DNA of 6,199 nucleotides, taken from the IMG/VR virus record IMGVR_UViG_3300020030_000007, positions 1 to 6,199 of that record; one strand, 5' to 3'. Made by a program: the position numbers and the translations under genes. Shown here piece after piece: positions 1 through 5,870 of this stretch. The DNA is from a virus. How positions within the stretch are numbered: position 1 is the stretch's first letter; each line of letters starts with the position of its first letter. The notes beneath the pieces were generated by a model. It saw only the letters and a program-made list of their open reading frames with translations, was not told where the DNA came from and searched no databases.

Positions 1-11
1 AATAATACTTT

Positions 12-40
12 GCGCTTCGAAAGACGGTACTTTCGAGCGC
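12..40. promoter_or_regulatory. Stem-loop in the noncoding region (11 bp stem, one bulged T, 6-nt loop); candidate origin or primosome element
   Basis: gcgct(t)cgaaag / acggta / ctttcgagcgc. Pairs are 12-16 with 36-40 and 18-23 with 30-35; t17 is bulged and the loop is 24-29. Confidence 0.6.
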
Positions 41-60
41 GAAAACTGTTTCGTTACGCC

Positions 61-102
61 GCTCGACGGCCTTAACGGCCGGGACGCTTCGCGTCTTCGA
101 GC
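61..102. promoter_or_regulatory. Compact three-way junction (outer 6-bp stem enclosing two 5-bp hairpins); candidate ssDNA replication-origin structure
   Basis: The outer stem is gctcga 61-66 with tcgagc 97-102. Hairpin A is cggcc 67-71 / loop ttaac / ggccg 77-81. Hairpin B is gacgc 83-87 / loop ttc / gcgtc 91-95. Linkers are 0, 1 and 1 nt and all pairs are Watson-Crick. Confidence 0.6.
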
Positions 103-156
103 TCCATGGCTTCACTTCACAATCTATATACCGAACAAGTTCGGTAAGTTTGAGAG

Positions 157-193
157 CAAAAGCTCCCGAGGGAGGAAAACTCTCCCGGAAGCT
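157..193 (-). terminator. Candidate intrinsic terminator after the last gene of the minus-strand gene train
   Basis: On the minus strand: AGCTTCCGGGAGAG TTTTC CTCCCTCGGGAGCT followed by TTTG. This gives 11 Watson-Crick pairs plus one G-T, with one mismatch and a 2-nt bulge. It lies about 45 nt downstream of the TAG of the 107-aa ORF. The T tract is short (4 nt) and partly inside the stem. Confidence 0.4.
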
Positions 194-236
194 TCGCAGT
201 TAAAGAACTTTTCCACCAAGAGGACGGGTTACTATT

Positions 237-560
237 CTAGTTCCCTTTCCCTTCTTCTTTCGACGCGCTTTCATCACAATCAATGTTAAAGTCGAACATA
301 AAAACAATCGTATTCTCAAAAAACTCAACCTCGAAATTCGGACAAGAAACTAGGGTTGCCACGAGGTGAGCAATCGAATGATGCTTCACATAAGGCGATT
401 TCGAGATATCCGAAGACAAAAAGTAATCAAAAATAGGGGTGCCTGAAAAAATATCAGGAGACAACTGCTCGAACTGACCATTTTTGATGTAACCAACCTG
501 GGCAAGGTCAACGTCAAGTGCCGGATTGATCCGACGAAGAACAATATGAACCTGTGTCAT
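237..560 (-). CDS. Hypothetical protein, 107 aa (ORFan, last gene)
   Basis: ATG at 558-560 and TAG at 237-239. It starts 11 nt after the stop of the preceding ORF. Its strong T-ending codon bias matches VP1. I recognise no family motif. Confidence 0.7.
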   Translation of the reverse strand: MTQVHIVLRRINPALDVDLAQVGYIKNGQFEQLSPDIFSGTPIFDYFLSSDISKSPYVKHHSIAHLVATLVSCPNFEVEFFENTIVFMFDFNIDCDESASKEEGKGN

Positions 561-571
561 AACGATATAAA

Positions 572-889
572 TTAAAGAGTGGATTTAAAACTGTTACAAA
601 ACCGACGCCAAAGAATCGACTGAGTTAACCAAAAGTCATAACCCTCTGAAGTCTCAGCAAACGAAAAGGATATGGCAATGATATCCTGGAGGCAAAACCT
701 ACCTACACGATACATACGACGAATGCGAGCGTGTAAATCCTCGCGAAAGGTTCGATGGCTCGTGCAGACCTTCTCGCAATTCCTTCTATACGCAGAATAT
801 AAGCCTTGACGAATAAGCCATTCAACAAACATGTACTCGGCAACGTCAACAGGAAGCGCCGAAAGTGTAGAATTTTTGTTTACTTTCAT
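572..889 (-). CDS. Hypothetical basic protein, 105 aa (ORFan; positional counterpart of the gokushovirus VP3 slot downstream of VP2)
   Basis: ATG at 887-889 and TAA at 572-574. T-ending codon bias resembles VP1. It is Arg-rich with 5 Cys. I recognise no family motif. Confidence 0.7.
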   Translation of the reverse strand: MKVNKNSTLSALPVDVAEYMFVEWLIRQGLYSAYRRNCEKVCTSHRTFREDLHARIRRMYRVGRFCLQDIIAISFSFAETSEGYDFWLTQSILWRRFCNSFKSTL

Positions 890-915
890 GATAACGTGGT
901 TATTGGTTTACAGCG

Positions 916-923
916 CAAATATA
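916..923 (-). promoter_or_regulatory. Candidate Bacteroides-type -7 promoter box (TATATTTG = TAnnTTTG) in the VP2/105-aa intergenic gap
   Basis: Plus strand caaatata reads TATATTTG on the minus strand, 26 nt upstream of the ATG at 889, inside the largest internal gap (890-969). There is no exact TTTG -33 element at the expected spacing, only TTTC-type runs. The same 6-of-8 pattern also occurs by chance elsewhere in the genome. Confidence 0.3.
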
Positions 924-969
924 CAACGTGAAAAGAGTAACGCAGTGTCGAAAATGTCTAAAAAGCTGT

Positions 970-2253
970 TCATTTTCTCTCGAAATAGTTGCGGCGAGTG
1001 TAAGTACCTCCTGTTCTGTCGCCGGTAGGCCCGTAAAAATCCTTCATTTCCTCGTAACCTTCAGGGCCTGCGGGGCCTGCAGCCTTGCGACCAGCATACG
1101 AAGCACCGGCGATGCCTGCGGCTGTAGCAAAAGCCTTTGTAACATCATAAAACAAAGCATTCTTGTTCTTGCGGATGGCAAACCAGTTACCGGACAGGCT
1201 CTGGCGACCTTCACCAAGATCAAGGCCACGAAGATAAGAGTAATATTCACGGCCTGTAATTTCCTCGAATTCTCCAGTGGGTTCACCCTTCTCGTTGATC
1301 AGGGGAACCTTTACGGGGGTTTCCCAAGTAACTTCAAACATGCGTTGCATATCCTTCTGCTGAATGTCAAGAATATCAGCATGAGAACGGGACTCACGTG
1401 CGGAAGCTTTAGCAGCATCGGCGACAGCGCAAAGATAAGCAAGGTTGGCAGCAGCAGACTGTTCAAGAAGAGGAATCTCAGCATCGTTTTCAGCACGAAT
1501 ACGCCTAGTGCGCTCAACCTGTTCAGAGTAAGCAGCCTGAATACGCTGAAAATCATAGGTGGCAGAGAGATCTGCATACTTGTTGTAGGCTTCCTGATTA
1601 ATAGCCAACTCGCCATAATAACGAGCGAGCGAAGACTGACTGTCAACGTTAGCTCGCTTTAGTTGCTTCTCGAGCTCGATAAGGGCCTGGCCTTGTTCTC
1701 TGGTGGGCATCTTGTTACGAATATCGTCAGCTTGGGCATTATCGAGATTTGCGGCAGCTGTATTGCGGTCAACCGCAGACTGCGCAACCATATTTTGAGC
1801 GATAGAGGTGGGATCAGCAGGGGCAAAGCCACTAGGAGCAACGGGAGCGCCGCCCGAAGGACCTGAGGCAGAGGGCATAGACGCAGAACCTCCTGACATA
1901 GTAGCGTTAACGCCGACACCTGAAGAGCCTAAAACGGCAGCGGGGGTAACACCGGCCTTCAGATAACGATCGAAAACCTTCGAGGGATCGTTGTAAGAGT
2001 TCTCGTAGTCAAATTGTCTTTGCCAATTAGCGTAAGAGAGTTCTGACTGCTTCTGCATTTGCTCTAAGGCATACTTCTGCTGAAGTTTCATTTGTTTTTG
2101 CTGAAAACGCCATTGGCGGCGGGCATTCATACCGCCAAAAAGTTGGCCCAAAAAGCCATTAATCAGGCCGTTAGAACTAGTAGAGGCAGCCGACTGACCA
2201 AGAGCTTGGCCAAAAGATGCGCCGGCGGCAGCAGCAGCAATAGGTATAGGCAT
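970..2253 (-). CDS. VP2: VP2-type minor capsid / DNA pilot protein, 427 aa
   Basis: ATG at 2251-2253 and TGA at 970-972. The N-terminus is Ala/Gly-rich (MPIPIAAAAAGASFGQALG...), followed by a Gln/Lys-rich helix. The block NSYNDPSKVFDRYLKAGVTP (nt 1942-2001) matches from memory the YN.P..Q..R...AGLNP signature of gokusho/alpa VP2. A Gly/Ser/Pro linker and a long helical region follow. It sits downstream of VP1 as expected. Confidence 0.85.
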   Translation of the reverse strand: MPIPIAAAAAGASFGQALGQSAASTSSNGLINGFLGQLFGGMNARRQWRFQQKQMKLQQKYALEQMQKQSELSYANWQRQFDYENSYNDPSKVFDRYLKAGVTPAAVLGSSGVGVNATMSGGSASMPSASGPSGGAPVAPSGFAPADPTSIAQNMVAQSAVDRNTAAANLDNAQADDIRNKMPTREQGQALIELEKQLKRANVDSQSSLARYYGELAINQEAYNKYADLSATYDFQRIQAAYSEQVERTRRIRAENDAEIPLLEQSAAANLAYLCAVADAAKASARESRSHADILDIQQKDMQRMFEVTWETPVKVPLINEKGEPTGEFEEITGREYYSYLRGLDLGEGRQSLSGNWFAIRKNKNALFYDVTKAFATAAGIAGASYAGRKAAGPAGPEGYEEMKDFYGPTGDRTGGTYTRRNYFERK

Positions 2254-2254
2254 A

Positions 2255-2446
2255 CTATATATGGGTTAAATTATTAGAACGAATAATGTAATCAACACGA
2301 ACTGTATCGATGTGAACTCCACTACGATGCATCCTAGCTTGAGCTGAGCATGAAGAAAGGAAAAAGGCAGCTAATGCAGCGACGATAGACGAGATGAGCG
2401 TCCAAAAAGCCTTCGACTTGTAAAAGGGTTGTTTCATGTCAGACAT
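2255..2446 (-). CDS. Small predicted lipoprotein, 63-aa precursor (about 31-aa mature lipopeptide)
   Basis: ATG at 2444-2446 and TAG at 2255-2257, leaving 1 nt before the VP2 ATG (TAGTATG). The basic n-region is MSDMKQPFYKSK, the 18-aa hydrophobic core is AFWTLISSIVAALAAFFL, and the lipobox is L-S-S-C with Cys33 (codon 2348-2350). T-ending codon bias matches VP1. Confidence 0.65.
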   Translation of the reverse strand: MSDMKQPFYKSKAFWTLISSIVAALAAFFLSSCSAQARMHRSGVHIDTVRVDYIIRSNNLTHI

Positions 2447-2458
2447 AATGTAAAAAAT

Positions 2459-2653
2459 TTAGGGGAAGCTACGGTGCCACACCCTCACTTCGTTCGGGGC
2501 GGTTTTCCAAACCGCGAAATGTGTCACCTCGCCACAATGGTGTAAACAATTGAATAAAGAACGATAGAAAAATACGCGGCCTCTCCTGCAGTCGTTACCA
2601 ATAACCTTCAGCAATTCACGAACTCTTGCAGAAGGGGTCCGCGCACGTAGCAT
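2459..2653 (-). CDS. Possible small basic Arg/Cys/His-rich protein, 64 aa (candidate DNA-binding protein); could instead be noncoding
   Basis: ATG at 2651-2653 and TAA at 2459-2461. The ORF fills almost exactly the 229-nt space between its neighbours (22 nt and 12 nt spacers). It has 10 Arg + 2 Lys against 4 Asp/Glu, plus 3 Cys and 4 His (C22, C36, H38, H39, C40, H45, H60). Its codon bias is weaker than in the other genes, and a 7-bp hairpin lies inside at 2499-2515. Confidence 0.4.
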   Translation of the reverse strand: MLRARTPSARVRELLKVIGNDCRRGRVFFYRSLFNCLHHCGEVTHFAVWKTAPNEVRVWHRSFP

Positions 2654-2675
2654 ATATCTTCAAGTAAAGGATGTA

Positions 2676-2972
2676 CTATTTTTCTTCAGAATTAGAAGGA
2701 TTCGAGGCAGGTTTAGACCTATCGAGTTGAGAATCAATAAGTTCCTGACCAACTTCGAGACCATCAAACTTATCCATACGAGAAAAGGAATTAGGATCGA
2801 AATCGATTTCAGGGTTAAACTTCTCGCCCTTCTCAAAATCAGAAGGCTCAGCCGTCACGTCGGGACGACCAGGTAAAACATCAACGGTGCCGGAACCGTC
2901 AAGAACGGACAAAATGCGTTGACCACGCGAGATATACGCGGGAGCATCTTCGAGTAACCAATCAAGAGGCAT
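2676..2972 (-). CDS. Hypothetical acidic protein, 98 aa (candidate scaffolding-like protein)
   Basis: ATG at 2970-2972 and TAG at 2676-2678, starting 12 nt after the VP1 stop. It has 21 Asp/Glu against 10 Lys/Arg. T-ending codon bias is very strong, as in VP1. The scaffolding role is inferred only from charge, size and placement next to the capsid gene. Confidence 0.75.
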   Translation of the reverse strand: MPLDWLLEDAPAYISRGQRILSVLDGSGTVDVLPGRPDVTAEPSDFEKGEKFNPEIDFDPNSFSRMDKFDGLEVGQELIDSQLDRSKPASNPSNSEEK

Positions 2973-2984
2973 AATATCAAGAGT

Positions 2985-4796
2985 TTAACGATTAGACAAA
3001 CGGGTAGCGAAGGATTTGTTTACCAAGTTCTTCTTCTGAACAGAATACGACATATTCACAAAAAAGTTATCCTCAATTCTAGAGACAAACGGAGAATTAA
3101 CCTGCGACAAATCAACAAACAACGCAGGATAATAAGGACGAGGATTGTCAGCCGACAAGGCGAACGTATCAAGAGAGCGCTGCTGAACCCAATAAGAATA
3201 AAGAGGTACACTGCCAGCAACGGCGTAAGCGGGATTTAATTGACCCAAAACCTCGTCGTAAGAAGATCTAAATTCATTAAAACAAGGTTCATGAACAGCA
3301 GCCAAACTAGCAAAAGGTACCTTCGCCGCGATTCGGAAGGTGGGCACGTCTTGATAGCCGATGTCATTATAAATCGGGTTAAAATAATCGCTGCCTCTAT
3401 AAGAGAGATAATCAGGTGTGATATTTGACCAGTAATAAACAGGTCGAATACTCAACATGTCAATCAAATAACCGGGTTCGCGGAAATAATAAGACTGACG
3501 ACGACCGAGGCGGTCATTGAAAGCGATAGCACCACCCTGCTGGCCGAGGGGACCATTAGCGCCTTGATTAGCGAAATTATTTTGGCCTGCCTGATTCATA
3601 ACAATCTGAACATTAACAGTCTGCGAAGCGCTAAAGAGAAGCTTGGGACGGTCTACGTGCTCGATTTTAGAAGCAAAAAACGTTTCCAACCAATCGCTAT
3701 AACGACTACCACCAGCACCGAGCAAATCCTTGTATTCCTGAAGGCGAGATGCAATAGCCAACTGGGGAATAGTACTTACACCTGTCATAGAAACGGCATC
3801 GTTCGAGCCAATCGGAAGCAGGCGACTATAGCGATCAGGGTTCGACGGAACGACGGCCATAGGATAATATTGAATACCCAGAGTAGTAAAAGGCAGATTA
3901 CCTACAGCAGTGGGGTCGACCGACGTAACGTAATCGTCCGGAAGATTTCCGGTGAATTTAGTACTAAGAGAGGCAACGGGATAACCATTACCTGCAGAGC
4001 CTAGGTTTTCCGAGTTCAAGGTAACATCGCTATTAACAATCTGAAGGAACAAGTTTCCACGGTTATAAGTGTTGTTACTAGTAGAAACGGCAGCAGGGTA
4101 AAACTGGCTCTCGAAATAAGCGTCAAGAAACTCAAGGTTTCCATAAGCCTGCGAAAAAAAGGAGCTAGGAGCCGCAATCATAGAAGTGTATTTGGCAATT
4201 CGGGTGTCATAGCGAATGATCGAGGAACCAGGCCAAGCATATGAAAAAACACCCCACTGCGAGTAACCGTAATAATTGCGGACGATATCCCAGTAAGCTA
4301 AAAGTGTGTCCGCGTTAGACCAAGAACCGTCTACAGCGTCAGAAGGAAGCGCAACAAGACTCGAGTCGACGGCAGGAACTGTAGAATCGCCAATGACCTC
4401 TTTGTTACTCATGCGCAACCAAGCGAAGAGACTATTGGAAGGGGCGGTCGTATGGTTGCCAATGGGAGAACCTGTATCGATAGTCGTAGCTATCCAATTC
4501 AGGCTCAAATCATTCATATCGAACTTACTACTGTTCGTCCTCAATTCGGGGTGATACAACTGAAGCGGCACCCAAAAACGATGCAAACGAATAGTGTAGG
4601 GATTGAATGTCGGAACAGCGAGGGGATTGCTACGAACATCAATGCCTTGCTCAATAGAAACACGGTCTCGAGCATTAATAAAATCGATTCGCACTGGATA
4701 TAAAATACCCGGCGTGCACGTAAAGGCCTTACTCTCAGGAACATCGTAGCGAGAATAGCCGTTAACAACGTGAGAAATAAAAGGTTGTTTTCCCAT
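2985..4796 (-). CDS. VP1: Major capsid protein VP1 (Microviridae F-protein family), 603 aa
   Basis: ATG at 4794-4796 and TAA at 2985-2987. Three blocks match from memory the conserved blocks of Microviridae capsid proteins: TCTPGILYPVRIDF..ARDRV....VRSNPLAVP....IRLHRFWVPLQLY (aa 26-81, nt 4554-4721), GGSRYSDWLETFF...DRPKLL (nt 3639-3704) and EPGYLIDMLSIRP. It is the largest ORF and follows Rep. Confidence 0.96.
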   Translation of the reverse strand: MGKQPFISHVVNGYSRYDVPESKAFTCTPGILYPVRIDFINARDRVSIEQGIDVRSNPLAVPTFNPYTIRLHRFWVPLQLYHPELRTNSSKFDMNDLSLNWIATTIDTGSPIGNHTTAPSNSLFAWLRMSNKEVIGDSTVPAVDSSLVALPSDAVDGSWSNADTLLAYWDIVRNYYGYSQWGVFSYAWPGSSIIRYDTRIAKYTSMIAAPSSFFSQAYGNLEFLDAYFESQFYPAAVSTSNNTYNRGNLFLQIVNSDVTLNSENLGSAGNGYPVASLSTKFTGNLPDDYVTSVDPTAVGNLPFTTLGIQYYPMAVVPSNPDRYSRLLPIGSNDAVSMTGVSTIPQLAIASRLQEYKDLLGAGGSRYSDWLETFFASKIEHVDRPKLLFSASQTVNVQIVMNQAGQNNFANQGANGPLGQQGGAIAFNDRLGRRQSYYFREPGYLIDMLSIRPVYYWSNITPDYLSYRGSDYFNPIYNDIGYQDVPTFRIAAKVPFASLAAVHEPCFNEFRSSYDEVLGQLNPAYAVAGSVPLYSYWVQQRSLDTFALSADNPRPYYPALFVDLSQVNSPFVSRIEDNFFVNMSYSVQKKNLVNKSFATRLSNR

Positions 4797-4799
4797 AAG

Positions 4800-5870
4800 T
4801 TAAATAATTAGTTGTAGTTTATAGTGATCTCTCCAAAATCGGAGAATATCTAAATCGAGCCAAGTAGGAGGATCAAAGTCAGGCATTTTGCGAGACGAAG
4901 CAGAAAACTTCATTATCTGCTTTTGTTCCCACGAATACGATGCTCTACCGGATACGGAGGATTTGAGGTTGAACCTCTCAATACACAAAGACAAAATACG
5001 CTTAACCAGAGGAGACTTGCTAAAATGTGCATAAGTATCAGCAGCGGTAATCGAACGAACAACTTCATCCTCTTGTTTAAGATATTTAAGATAATATCGA
5101 GGAATCGCATAATTGTAATTGATACGCTTCGAAAAATCAAAATAAGACCACGACGAAACGCGAGTAGAAGGGCGAGGCATGTAACCAAGAAAATCACCGA
5201 CGCCAGCAGATATAAACTTGCGCGTGTAACGCCGATGTTGGAGGAGGCAAGACAAAGGTGTAATAGTTCCATTTACAGTAACATATTTATCCGAAATTTC
5301 TTCGGGGTTAAATTCAATTTGTTTCGTAACATACTTAACGCAATAACGAGCACGCTTGTGAGTAGCTTTTGCTAACCACACAAAACCAAGGTCTCGAACA
5401 GCAGAACGAATCGTGTTATAGAGAACGTTTGTGCCAAACAAAAAGCCATGAAAATGCAATCGAGGCTCATTTCCTGTTTCCGGGTGGGTGCCAAACTCCT
5501 GGAAAAAAGCATGTTTAAACGAATGGCCGAGTTTGTGGCGTAGGCGTTCGTTAAATTTTCGAATAAACCAGGACGGGTCAAGCAAGGCCTCGTTATAATA
5601 CTTCGGAGCAATCGTTATTGTAATAAAAATAGCCTGTTGATTATCAGCCTTACAACGAGCGAGTTCGCGATCTAAGCGTACAAACCAGTCATTACGTAGA
5701 CGACGCAAACAATCTTCACACTTTCCACACGGAACCATGAGCCACTGGCGGGCGATATCCCAGGGACGAAGAGCAAGCGCAGACTTCGCAACGTCAGAAC
5801 CATTTCGACAGGGGTTCTTCTTGTCAAAATAGCGGCGGTTGCGAATCCATATAGGAGAAGAGCACGGCAT
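4800..5870 (-). CDS. VP4: Replication initiation protein VP4 (HUH rolling-circle endonuclease, phiX gene A family), 356 aa
   Basis: ATG at 5868-5870 and TAA at 4800-4802, 3 nt before the VP1 ATG. Motif I is FITITI (nt 5610-5627). The HUH motif is LHFHGFLF, with HFH at nt 5448-5456. The double-Tyr catalytic motif is YCVKYVTK (nt 5322-5345, pattern YxxKYxxK as in phiX A protein). There is also an N-terminal C..P...N block and VPCGKCEDC, typical of gokusho-type VP4. Confidence 0.95.
   Translation of the reverse strand: MPCSSPIWIRNRRYFDKKNPCRNGSDVAKSALALRPWDIARQWLMVPCGKCEDCLRRLRNDWFVRLDRELARCKADNQQAIFITITIAPKYYNEALLDPSWFIRKFNERLRHKLGHSFKHAFFQEFGTHPETGNEPRLHFHGFLFGTNVLYNTIRSAVRDLGFVWLAKATHKRARYCVKYVTKQIEFNPEEISDKYVTVNGTITPLSCLLQHRRYTRKFISAGVGDFLGYMPRPSTRVSSWSYFDFSKRINYNYAIPRYYLKYLKQEDEVVRSITAADTYAHFSKSPLVKRILSLCIERFNLKSSVSGRASYSWEQKQIMKFSASSRKMPDFDPPTWLDLDILRFWRDHYKLQLII

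Larger units (their letters stand above)
1..121. repeat. Terminal redundancy, copy 1 (identical to 6079-6199)
   Basis: I compared it base by base with 6079-6199 and all 121 nt are identical. The repeat is direct and is bounded by the window start. Confidence 0.97.

Noticed and set aside
1-121. Terminal direct repeats read as LTR-like ends or attachment-site duplications of a mobile element or prophage
   Set aside because: The repeat is exact, direct and touches both window ends, and no flanking non-viral sequence is present. Removing one copy yields an intact circular gene map. An assembly overlap of a circular genome is the simpler explanation.
103-160. Main promoter for the gene train (TATATAG and TTTG elements on the minus strand near 121-160)
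   Set aside because: TATATAGATTG only approximates either a sigma-70 -10 box or the Bacteroides TAnnTTTG box. The nearest TTTG is 26 nt upstream, which is the wrong spacing. The primary promoter remains unlocated from sequence alone.
264-291. Possible XerC/D dif-like site (cAATGTTAAAg resembles the XerD arm TTATGTTAAAT), relevant because Alpavirinae-like proviruses were proposed to integrate through host Xer recombinases
   Set aside because: Only one arm is similar (8 of 11). The putative XerC arm and central region do not match, and the site lies inside the 107-aa coding sequence. Another partial match near 2436-2463 also fails on the second arm.
928-1662. 244-aa ORF on the plus strand
   Set aside because: It is fully antisense to the well-supported VP2 gene, starts at GTG, and has a Cys/Ser/Leu-rich composition resembling no known protein. 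Long antisense ORFs are common opposite genes with biased codon usage.
3240-5375. Plus-strand ORFs (3240-3428, 3564-4004, 4306-4554, 4452-4703, 4923-5375)
   Set aside because: They are antisense to the VP1 and VP4 coding sequence, and Microviridae transcribe one strand only. They show no recognisable motifs.
1044-5611. Same-strand overlapping ORFs inside VP2, VP1 and VP4 (1044-1286, 1311-1646, 1659-1919, 4541-4768, 4913-5272, 5372-5611), mostly Leu/Phe/Ile-rich
   Set aside because: All lie in the same relative (+1) frame of their host gene. There the strongly T-biased third codon positions become second positions, which yields hydrophobic residues and few stop codons. They are a compositional by-product, with no independent support.
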